A stretch of DNA of 64,000 nt from an uncultured Acidobacteriota bacterium (GTDB taxonomy: Bacteria; Acidobacteriota; Vicinamibacteria; Vicinamibacterales; UBA2999), in assembly GCA_963843885.1 (NCBI GenBank), contig CAWJMJ010000001.1:20222-84221 (forward strand), read 5' to 3'. Position numbers and translations under genes: made by a program. The notes below the pieces were generated by a model that saw only the letters and a list, made by a program, of their open reading frames with translations, searched no databases and was not told the origin of the DNA. Positions 39,666-48,863 of the stretch are shown one piece after another. The first letter of the stretch is position 1; each line of letters begins with the position of its first letter.

Positions 39666-42088
39666 CTAATTGCCCGGCGGCCGCCGGGGCGGCGTCTTCT
39701 TTTTGGCGGGGGCCTTCTTCGCAGGCGCCGGCTTCGCGGATGTCTTCTTCGGGGACGCCTTCTTCGGGGACGCCTTCTTCGAAGGCGCCTTCTTCTTGGC
39801 AGGGGGACGGCGCGTCGTCGGCGCGGTCGGCTTGGCCGGCGCGACCCGCTTCCCCGAGTCGGCCGGCTTCACCGGCTCGGCCAACGACGCCGGCGCCGGG
39901 GTCGGCAACAGGCCCGGCGCGAGCACGCCACCGCCGTAGAGCCGCCGGTAATCCTCGGCGGTGCCGAGGATGCGCTTCACGTAGTTCTGCGTCTCGGGGA
40001 ACGGGATGTCGTCGATCCACTCGTCGGTCGGCAGATTGGGGCGTTGCGCGCGCCAGCGCGCGACGCGGTTTTCACCGGCGTTGTAGCTGGCCAGTGCGTA
40101 GGCGGCGTGGCCGAACTGGCGCATCAGGTCGGAGAAGTACCTGGTGCCGATCGCGACGTTGACGTCCGGCTCGGTCAGACGATCCGTGGAGAACGGCCTG
40201 ATGGCGAGCCGCTTGGCAAAGCCGCGGCCCGTGGCCGGCATGATCTGCATGAGGCCGACCGCGCCCGCCGATGAGCGGATGCCGGCATCGAAGGTCGATT
40301 CCTGGGCGGCCAGCGCGGCCACGAGATACGGGTCGAGGCCCTGCGCCTTGGCGCGCGACTCGAGCAGCGGCCAGTGATCGAGCGGGAACAGCACGCGCAG
40401 CACGTCGGCCGGCAGCGATTCGCCGCCCGCCGCCAGGTATTGCGGATAGGCGCGCTTCATCTGATTGATGGCCGGGCGCAGCCGGCCGGCCCGGTACTGC
40501 GCCACCGCCGCCGTGGCCATGAGGGCCGCCGAGTCGCCCCACGCCCGGCGGGCAAACTGCGTTTCGTTCAGCGCGAGATCGTGCAGGCCCAGCGACAGCA
40601 GCAAGCCGATCTGCCGTTCGGTGGGGGGCGCCGGCGTCCGCGCGGTGGGACTGGCCGTGACCCCAGGCGGGACCAGGCGTTGCTGCTCACCCAGGCGCTC
40701 CACGGCCAGACGGCCGTAATAGCTGTTGCGGTAGTCGGTGGCAGCCAAGGTGAAGCGGGCCACGGCGCCGGCGCTGTCGCCCAGATTCGCCTTGGCGCGC
40801 GCGCTCCAGTAGAGCCATGGCGGACGGTAGTCCGACCGCGGGAAGTTGGCGGCGCCGAGCTCGAAGTACCTTCACCGCGCCGGCCATGTCGCCGTGTCGA
40901 TACGCCCACCATCCGGCTTTCCAGGCGGCGCGTTCGGCAAAGCGCCCGGCGGGAAAACGGTCGACCATGGTCGCGAACGTCTCGGCCCCGGACTTGTCGT
41001 CGTCCTGCAGCACGTACCAGATGGCCAGGTGGTTCAAGGCCTCTTCGGTGTAGGGGCTGTCGGGGTAATTGGCCAGCAGCGTGCGGACGCTCTGCACGTA
41101 GTCGTCGTCGTTGCCCAGCCCGCGCTGCGCCAGGCCCAGGTGCAGGTGCGCTTCGGCCTGACTGGAACCGCTCGCGGCCAGCGGCCGCAGGCGCTCGGCG
41201 GCCGCGCGAAACTGCTTGAGCTGCACGTCGGCGGCGCGCCATGCGCACGGCCGCCTGGGCGCGGTCGGCGGGCGAACTGACCACGCCCGACACCCGCAGG
41301 TAAGCGTCGCGCGCCGGAGCCCAGCGTCGGGCCGCATACAGCGCGTCGGCGCGGGCCCGTTCCTTGGCGGCGGCGTTCTCCAGCGGCGGCGCCTGCGCCG
41401 CCAGCCGTTCCAGCGCCTCGCCCGACCGATCCGCGTCGCCGGACAACGGGAAGTCGTAGAACACGCGCCGGTGGGCCAGCACCGACCCGGCGAGGTCGCC
41501 AGCGCGCTCTAGGGCCACGCCCCAGCGGTGCGTCAGCCGGTCCTCGTTGGCGGGCGTCCCCTTCAGCACGCGCGCATAAGCGTCCGCGGCCCGGGCATAC
41601 TGCCCGCGCAGCTCGTGCACCTCGGCCAGGCGGACGAGGGCCTGCTCGGCCACGTAGCTGCGGCCTGGGGTATCGGCGACGGCCGCAAAGAGCGTCTCCG
41701 CCTCGTCGAGGCGCCCCTGGCGCAGGGCGACGAGACCGCGGTAGTAACGGACATGCGCGCCCAGGGGGCTGGCGTCGAGCGCCGGGGCGGCCAGGAGCGC
41801 GCGCGCTGGAGCGACGTCGCCGCCGCCGTCGACGATCGCGACGGCCCGGGCGAAGTCGCGCAGACCCGCGGTGAGGGCCGAGGCCGGTGCGGGCGTGACG
41901 TAGTAGGCGGCGGGTTGCGCCGGGACGGGATCGTGGCGCGTGGCCCGCAACTCGCCGTCACTGGGAAGCGCCCCCTGTTGCCCGGAGATGCGCGCGGAAT
42001 TGTCGAGCAGGAGGGCCACGCCAGCCACGAACGCGATCAGCGCAGCGCGCCGTTGTTGCCGAGCCGCGCGTCCGTCCCGATCGGTCAT
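39666..42088 (-). CDS. slt: Slt70-like lytic transglycosylase with TPR repeats and Lys-rich tail (indels)
   Basis: QESTF, GAVGLMQIMP, SYNAG, ETQNYV; N-terminal TPR-like helices. Confidence 0.9.
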
Positions 42089-43269
42089 GCCGACGAGCTT
42101 ACACGCATTGACGAGGCCCGCGTGTGAGCGCCGCGCGAGACGGCCATGCCTTCGAGGCAACGCCCGGCGTGACGGACCAGCACTTCGACCGGCGACGTCC
42201 ACGCCGTCGAGGGCGGCGCCGTGGTTCCGAGATCGGCGTAGAGCACCGCCACGGGACGGCCGGCCACGAGCAGCGGCACCGCGACTCCGGGCCGATTCGG
42301 CGGCAGCTGACTGAAGGCGGGCGGCGCCAGCACGGCGCTGCTGCCCACGGCCGCCGTGCGGCCGGTATTCAGGGCCGCGGCCAGCGCGCCGGGGTCGGTA
42401 ATGCTCGATTCAATGGAGCGCGGCTCCTGGTCGAGCACGCCGAACCCCGAGGTCCGCCAGCCAATCAGCCGGTCGCCCTTGATGACCAGCATCGCCGAAC
42501 GAGCGGCTTCCTTGGCCGCCGAGGTCGTGAGCGCGTCGAGCACTTCGGTAAGCGACCCGGCGGCGTCGAGGGCGCGTACCGATTCGAGCAGCCGGCCGGC
42601 CGAGGCGACCGGCGCCTCGAGCGCCCGCCCGAGCGCCGCAACCGCGCCCTGCGCCTCGGTGCGCGCCGCAGCCAGAGCGCCAGCGTGTTCCTTGCGGATG
42701 GCGTCCACGGCGGCCACGGCGGCGGCGTGGTCTTCGCGGCCCGCGGCCACGGCGGCGGCCTGCTCCTGGCGCAGCGCGGCCAGGGCCGCTTCGCCGTCCC
42801 GACGCACCCGGGCAACCTCCGCCGCAGCCTGCTCCTTCACCTGCGCCAGCGCCGCCTGGAGTTCCTCGCGCTCTCGCAACGCTTCGGCTTGCGTCAACTC
42901 GAGATCCTGGCGCAACGCCGACACCGCGGCCTCCGCCTCTTCGCGGACTCGGGCAATCGTGGCCTCGGCGCCCGCCCGCTCTTGGGCAGCCGCGGCTTCC
43001 CGCGCCTGCGACAGCGACGTCTGATGGCTGGAGACCAGGGCGTCCTTTTCGGACTGGAACGCCACCAGCAGGTCGGCTTCAACGCGGCGCTTGGCCTCGG
43101 CCAGCTCGGCGCGCCTGGTCTCGTCGGCCGCCGCCAGCGCCGACGCTTTGTCGCTGTCGGCTTCGGCGCGGAGGTCGGCAAGGCCGATCGCCACCTCCGC
43201 CTCCAGGCGGGCACGCACCTCGGCTATGGCGTCGTCGAAGGCTTGCCGAAAACGATCTTCCAGCGACAT
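42085..43269 (-). CDS. Coiled-coil protein with C-terminal GAF-like domain
   Basis: Ala/Glu-rich heptads, then VPLLVAGRPVAVLYAD; ATGA overlap with slt. Confidence 0.7.
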   Translation of the reverse strand: MSLEDRFRQAFDDAIAEVRARLEAEVAIGLADLRAEADSDKASALAAADETRRAELAEAKRRVEADLLVAFQSEKDALVSSHQTSLSQAREAAAAQERAGAEATIARVREEAEAAVSALRQDLELTQAEALREREELQAALAQVKEQAAAEVARVRRDGEAALAALRQEQAAAVAAGREDHAAAVAAVDAIRKEHAGALAAARTEAQGAVAALGRALEAPVASAGRLLESVRALDAAGSLTEVLDALTTSAAKEAARSAMLVIKGDRLIGWRTSGFGVLDQEPRSIESSITDPGALAAALNTGRTAAVGSSAVLAPPAFSQLPPNRPGVAVPLLVAGRPVAVLYADLGTTAPPSTAWTSPVEVLVRHAGRCLEGMAVSRGAHTRASSMRVSSSA

Positions 43270-43563
43270 GGCAGGTCTCATCGGGGCGGGTTGCGATGCC
43301 GACGCGGCCGGGAGCGCGCGGTCCGCCAGCGAGCAAGCCCCTGTGCCGCTGGCGTCCTGAAGAACCATTATCGGAATGAAGTCGAAAAATCGTCAACACA
43401 ATCTGCGCACAATCGCGCGATCCGGCGGAGGTTCTGCGCCTGGCCCGCACCGCCACGCACGAGACGGCGGCCGTCAGGGCGAGCCCGCGCCACCGCGTCG
43501 GGTGCTAGAATGGATCCACGGTTGCGCGGCTGTGGCGTGGTCCAGCGCGCGGCGTTCTCCATC

Positions 43564-43917
43564 GGGGGCGATCTGGCTTCGACGGGGGCGCAGAATCGTG
43601 GGATGCATGCCGAGCTCCACTAACTCGCTAATCTGGTGGGACATCCGTTAACTGCGGACAATCAGTACGCTCTCGCAGCTTAAACAACTGTGAGCGTCTT
43701 GCCTGACCTGGCCTGGTGGTTGGGGTCAAGACGCCATTAAACAGGCTGGCTCACGAATGGCGCCACGGCGTTCGTGGGTGAGACTTACCGGGGCTGGTGC
43801 CTGCCGGTACTTCGCCGCTTCCACACGGCGGGCATGAGACCAACGAAGCGGACACGCATGTAGATTCCTGCGAGGACGTGTTCTCGGACGCGGGTTCAAC
43901 TCCCGCCGCCTCCACCA
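43564..43917 (+). ncRNA. ssrA: tmRNA; tag peptide (A)ADNQYALAA* at 43654-43683
   Basis: 5' GGGGGCGA...TTCGAC; 3' GGGTTCAACTCCCGCCGCCTCCACCA; tag ending ALAA-stop; extended -10 TGCTAGAAT at 43503-43511. Confidence 0.97.
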
Positions 43918-43963
43918 CTCCTCACTCCGTTCGTCGCGCTGTCGGCGGCGAAGTCAGGCACCG

Positions 43964-43986
43964 CAGACCGGCTTCCAGCCGGTCTG
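43964..43986. terminator. Perfect 10-bp hairpin after tmRNA
   Basis: cagaccggct-tcc-agccggtctg; no U-tract. Confidence 0.45.
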
Positions 43987-44023
43987 ACGGGGCGCGACTC
44001 CCCGACATCTGCGGCGTTAGCGG

Positions 44024-44137
44024 GACGTAGCGGGCACAACTCCCGCTGACCACGACGAACGTCTCTCCCCCGATCAGCTCGATTTTCCCGCCGCCTCCAC
44101 CATTCCTCCACGGCTGGACGGCCCCACGAGACTGGGG
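44024..44137 (+). repeat. attP-like direct repeat, copy 1, containing the tmRNA 3' end
   Basis: Aligns to 44658-44769; exact tcccgccgcctccacca at 44086-44102. Confidence 0.88.
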
Positions 44138-44470
44138 TCTGGTTCATCCACCCACGGTTCACCGCCTCCGGGCGTTCGCAGCCCGGCCAGGGATTGCAGG
44201 TAGCTGTAGTCGTGCGGCGCCTCCACGACCTCGATGGCACCGCGGCCGCGCTCCATCTGGTCGCGCAGCACCTGGGACTTCACGACATACAGCGGCGCGT
44301 CCCCCACTTGGTGCCACCACCGGCGCAAGGCAATGAACCGGGGCCCACGGAACACCCGGCGCGCCGCCCGCAGTCGCTCGGCGTGCTGCCGAAGCTCTGA
44401 CTCGTCGGCGCGGGACGTCACCTCGAAGAACCACAGCAGGTCGGGCATCTGGCTCCATGTGAAGCGGCGA
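44074..44470 (-). pseudogene. Probable relic gene fragment from a mobile element
   Basis: Protein-like MPDLLWFFEV...FRGPRF...HDYSYLQSLAG lying between att-core copies, with no convincing own start. Confidence 0.4.
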
Positions 44471-44657
44471 CGCTTGGACGTGGCGTCGTCCGCTCCTCCA
44501 ACACCCGCCGTTTTGGAGGCGGCGGGACAGGGGCCGTAGAACAGGGCCCGGGCACCGCTGAATCCGGTTCCCGCCGCCAAAAAGGCAAGCGGCAGGACCA
44601 CTGCCCCGCCGCCGCCAATTATCCCCCCAAAATCTGGGTCGATTTCGGGTGTGTCCC

Positions 44658-44769
44658 GACGTAGCGGGCACAACTCCCGCTCATCACAACGGACGTCTCT
44701 CCCCCAATCAGCTCGATTCCCGCCGCCGCCACTACTTCTCCACTGCTGGACAGCCTCACGAGAATGGGG
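44658..44769 (+). repeat. attP-like direct repeat, copy 2 (degenerate core)
   Basis: Same flanks as copy 1; core tcccgccgccgccacta at 44718-44734. Confidence 0.88.
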
Positions 44770-44921
44770 AGACGTTGCCCTCGTTCTCAGACGGGCCGCC
44801 CTAGCCGCAACCTCGTGGCGGCTCCACGGCCTGGCAGCAGTCCGGTGGTGTGTTCTTCGACGTCGTGGAGTGATCACGGATGTGCTTGCGCTCCGCGCGG
44901 CGCTGGTCGATAGTCTGCCGC

Positions 44922-45992
44922 ATGCAGACCCCATCCTTCGGCAACTTGTCCCGTTTGGCACTCGTCCTCGCGACCGGCCTGACGATGGCCGGTCCGGCCC
45001 TGGCGGGCCCCCTCGTCCGTCAGGTAAGCGGCCCTAATGCGGCGGCTATTCAAGCCACGGTGGACCAATTCCGAACCGATCTCGGCGGCGCCAACAACGG
45101 CGTCGTCCCCGGATCGCAACCGACCGGTCGGCGCGAGATCAACTGGGATGCCGTGCCCGGCGCCGGGCTGACGCAGGATCCGAACCCGATGCCGCGCTTC
45201 GCCGCGCGCGGCGCCACGTTTGTCACGCCCGGCGGCGCCTTTGGCATCAGCGGCGCCAGCGCGCTCGAGTTCGCCGAGGTGAACGCTACCTACCCGGCGC
45301 TATTCGCGCCCTTCAGTTCGCCCAAGCTCTTCGCGCCGCTCGGCAGCAACGTCACCGACGTGCTGTTCAACGTGCCCGGCACCCAGGGCACGGCGGCCGG
45401 CGTGACCGGCTTCGGCGCCGTGTTCACCGACGTCGACAGCGCCACCAGCACCAAGCTGGAATTCTTCGCGCCCGATGGCGCCCTGCTCTACGAGGCGTTC
45501 GTCCCGGCGTGGACGGGCAATGAGACGCTGTCGTTCCTGGGCGTGTCGTTCACCGCCGGTGAAATCGTCGGCCGCGTGCGCATCACGTCTGGCAACGCCA
45601 CCTTCGGTCCGGATGAAACCGCGACCCTCGACGTGGTGGCCATGGACGACTTCATCTACGGCGAACCGGTCGCCACCGCCGGGCTGACTGTGACGCCCGG
45701 TTCGGGTCGCCTCTTTCGCATCGCCGGTTTCGATATCGTGATCGCACTCGAGGGGGCGCCTGGCGCGGTGACCGGCGGGCGCATCACCTTCGACGGCGTG
45801 GACGCCACGGCGTACTTCCTCGGTTGTATCCGGCCGGGCACCATTGCCACTGGGGGACAAACGTTCCGCTGCCCGATTCCCGGGAACCTCCTGCCGGCGG
45901 GCGACCACACGCTGCAGGTGGACATGCAATTCGGCGCGCAACGCCGTCGAAACGCCGTGCGCTGGACGATCGTGGGCAGCACCGAGCCCTGA
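44922..45992 (+). CDS. Secreted protein of unknown function with C-terminal Ig-like domain
   Basis: Signal peptide; GRREINWD...FGAVFTDVD...MDDFIYGEP domain. Confidence 0.75.
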   Translation: MQTPSFGNLSRLALVLATGLTMAGPALAGPLVRQVSGPNAAAIQATVDQFRTDLGGANNGVVPGSQPTGRREINWDAVPGAGLTQDPNPMPRFAARGATFVTPGGAFGISGASALEFAEVNATYPALFAPFSSPKLFAPLGSNVTDVLFNVPGTQGTAAGVTGFGAVFTDVDSATSTKLEFFAPDGALLYEAFVPAWTGNETLSFLGVSFTAGEIVGRVRITSGNATFGPDETATLDVVAMDDFIYGEPVATAGLTVTPGSGRLFRIAGFDIVIALEGAPGAVTGGRITFDGVDATAYFLGCIRPGTIATGGQTFRCPIPGNLLPAGDHTLQVDMQFGAQRRRNAVRWTIVGSTEP

Positions 45993-46236
45993 GGGCGAGA
46001 TCGCTGCACGTGCCGGGGCGGGGCCCACGATCGCTGGTAACCCCGCCCTTCTAAATGCACCGCGGTCGTGGCCAGCCACGACGCCACGGATGCCGGTCGT
46101 TGGCGACGACGTGGGGCCACTGTCCTGCCCCTGCCACATCCCGCCATCGCCAGCGCTCCTCGGTGCCACGGCGCGCCAGTACAGGTGCCTCCGTCACGGC
46201 GCTACCCCGCTTGGAATCTGCAGTATCCTCCCGCGC

Positions 46237-47457
46237 ATGACCTCGCACATGCGCGCGTTCACCATCGGGCTGGCCATCGCCGGCGCCGTTGCCTTGTCCA
46301 GCGTCCAACCGGCGGCGCGCGATGCCGGCGGGCTCACCGATGATTCCATCGCCGGGCAGGCCCCGGACGGACGGCCGCCGGCGTTGACCGGCACGCCGAT
46401 CTTCGAGGTCGATCCGAACTGGCCGACGACTCCGCCCGAGTGGACGTGGGGACAGGTCATCGGCATCTTCGCCGACGCGCGCGGCCACGTCTGGACGTCG
46501 AACCGCAGCCGGATCTCGGAGTGGGACGCGCAGGGCACACTGCTGCAGTCGTGGGACGCCCGCGGGCCGCAGGGGAACTGGAGCACGATCCATGGCCTGT
46601 TCGTCGATCACAACGGCTTCGTCTGGACCAACGCGCGCGAGAGTCACCTGACGGTGAAGTTCACGCGCACCGGCCAGGTGGCGCTGGTCATCGGCCGCTT
46701 CAACGAGACCGGCGGCAGCAACGACCCCGCGTTGATGGGCCGCCCCTCCGAGATCTGGGTGGACGCCGTTAACAACGAGGTGTTCGTCGCCGACGGCTAC
46801 GGCAACCGGCGCATCGTCGTCTTCGACGCCGCCACCGGCAAGTACCTGCGCCATTGGGGCGCTTACGGCAAGCGTCCCGAGGATCCGCCGCCGCCACCAC
46901 CGGGCGCGCCCGATCCTGGCGCCCCGCCGGCCTCCCCCACCACCGCCTCGCCCGCCCCGCCGGCGCAGTTCCGGATCCCGCACGGCATCGTCGGCTCGCA
47001 CGACGGGCTGATCTATCTGGCCGACCGCGGGAACAACCGCGTCCAGGTGTTCCGACAGAACGGCGCGTTCGTGCGTGAGAAGATTCTGCGGCCCTTGTGC
47101 GGCGCGCAAGAGAAGGCCACGTGGGTGCCGAAGCGGCCGTGCGGTGTGGAGGCGGCATTCTCGGTGGGGTTGTCGCACGACGCGCCGCAGAGCTATCTGT
47201 ACGTGGCTGACGGCGGCTCCCATGTCATCACCGTGCTGCGGCGCAGTGACCTGGAAGTGGTGGACGAATTCGCCGGGCCCGGCGTGGGTCCCGGTCAGCT
47301 CGGCCGGCCTCACAACCTCAGCGTCGATCCCTCCGGCAACATCTTCGTAGCCGAGGCGGCGGGGCCGAAGGTGAAGCACCCGACCACCGGCGCGGAAGTG
47401 GCGGCCGGTTTCCGCGTGCAGAAGTTCACGTTCAAGGGCGTGCGATCGCCACGATAG
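46237..47457 (+). CDS. Exported NHL-repeat beta-propeller, PAL-like
   Basis: VDPNWP, IHGL, VADGYGNRRI, PHGI, ADRGNNRVQVF, PHNL. Confidence 0.85.
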   Translation: MTSHMRAFTIGLAIAGAVALSSVQPAARDAGGLTDDSIAGQAPDGRPPALTGTPIFEVDPNWPTTPPEWTWGQVIGIFADARGHVWTSNRSRISEWDAQGTLLQSWDARGPQGNWSTIHGLFVDHNGFVWTNARESHLTVKFTRTGQVALVIGRFNETGGSNDPALMGRPSEIWVDAVNNEVFVADGYGNRRIVVFDAATGKYLRHWGAYGKRPEDPPPPPPGAPDPGAPPASPTTASPAPPAQFRIPHGIVGSHDGLIYLADRGNNRVQVFRQNGAFVREKILRPLCGAQEKATWVPKRPCGVEAAFSVGLSHDAPQSYLYVADGGSHVITVLRRSDLEVVDEFAGPGVGPGQLGRPHNLSVDPSGNIFVAEAAGPKVKHPTTGAEVAAGFRVQKFTFKGVRSPR

Positions 47458-47496
47458 CCGCCGCGCCACTCCGCCGGCCATAAGGACAAGTGACAC

Positions 47497-48792
47497 GTGG
47501 ACATCCGCCCAGGGCCGTCGCTCCCGCCCCGCGGGTTTCCGCCCACGCGGCCACTGCAGGCGCGCCCCGACGCGTCAGCTCCCAGTCCAACGCCGTCGCC
47601 CGCGATCGATCCGGAAGTTGCCAGGCTGGCGCTGGCTCAGGAGCGCAAGACGCGCGAGCTGGCGTGGCTGGCCTCGCTGGCCTACGAACCGGTGACGACC
47701 CTGCCCGGACTGCTCGAGCCTCATGGGTATAACGACGTCGAACCGGTGTCGCGATGGCTGACCGGCACGCAGGTGTTCTTCGCCATCAAGGACCGCCGTG
47801 CCGTGATTGCCTTCCGCGGCTCGGAAAGCACGCTCGACTGGATCGTGGATTTCCTGTTCCTGCCGGTTGCGCTTCCGCCGCGTCACCTGGGCTTCATGAT
47901 GGCGTGGTGGAGCGTGCGCGGCCGGGTCACACACTTCCTCGAGCGACACCGCGCCGACTTCGACGCCCTCGAGTTGTGCGGACACTCATTGGGTGGGGCG
48001 GTGGCCAAGGTCGCGGCCTTCGACCTCGCCGCAGCGTATCCGATCGACGCGGTGCTTACCCTTGGCGCGCCGCGCGCGTTCTGGGGCTGGGGCGCCCGTT
48101 CCTACAACGCGAAGAAGACGGCCAACGACCGCCCGCTCGGCGACCTGACGCGCTCGTTCGTCAACGGCAGCGACATCGTGGCCAAGGTGCCCCCGTGGTT
48201 CGTCGGCTACATCCATACCAAGGGCGCCGAGCCGTCGTCGACCGGTGAGAACGACGCGTGGTTCGTCCGTCTCTTCAACCGCATCGCGGCTGAGCGCGCC
48301 GCTCCGCCGGTTGCGATCTTCCCGTCGAAATGGACGGCTGCACTCACGCCCACCACGAGGTCGACGGCATCGAGGCCTTCATCCGCACTGCGCTCATTCA
48401 CGGCCGATGACGACGGCGTCGTCGATCGGATCGCTCGCGCTTACGTGTGGGGCGATAAGTATGCCCAGCTGTTCACCCACGTGCTCCTCGTCCTGGTCGC
48501 GCCCGTGGTTCTCTATGCGCTCTATCTCTGGCTGTTGGCGGCGCTGTTCAGGGCCTCAGCGGCCCACCCGAACGCCGGCTACCACAAGCAGTTCTTCCGC
48601 CCCACCCTGGCCCTGCCCGCTCTGCCGCTGCCGGTGCGCTCGAAGGCGGCGCGTCTGGCCGGCCTCGGTCTGATGTCGCCACTGCTGGCCGTCGGGTTGT
48701 GGCTGTTGTGGCCGCTCCTGATGTTCAGTTGGCGGTTCGCCTTCTGGGTGCCGCAAACAATCCATCGGGCGTTCCTGCACATGACGTCGTGA
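47497..48792 (+). CDS. Class 3 lipase with C-terminal hydrophobic segments
   Basis: IAFRGS, GHSLGG, GAPR, DIVAKVP. Confidence 0.85.
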   Translation: MDIRPGPSLPPRGFPPTRPLQARPDASAPSPTPSPAIDPEVARLALAQERKTRELAWLASLAYEPVTTLPGLLEPHGYNDVEPVSRWLTGTQVFFAIKDRRAVIAFRGSESTLDWIVDFLFLPVALPPRHLGFMMAWWSVRGRVTHFLERHRADFDALELCGHSLGGAVAKVAAFDLAAAYPIDAVLTLGAPRAFWGWGARSYNAKKTANDRPLGDLTRSFVNGSDIVAKVPPWFVGYIHTKGAEPSSTGENDAWFVRLFNRIAAERAAPPVAIFPSKWTAALTPTTRSTASRPSSALRSFTADDDGVVDRIARAYVWGDKYAQLFTHVLLVLVAPVVLYALYLWLLAALFRASAAHPNAGYHKQFFRPTLALPALPLPVRSKAARLAGLGLMSPLLAVGLWLLWPLLMFSWRFAFWVPQTIHRAFLHMTS

Positions 48793-48863
48793 CCAGGATC
48801 TGGGAGGGCAATGGAAAAAGGCCGGCAGCACCCGCTGCCGGCCCCTCATCGAATCTCGAATGA

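Noticed and set aside
44024-44769. CRISPR array
   Set aside because: Only two long repeats about 520 bp apart, no regular 30-40 bp spacers and no cas genes.
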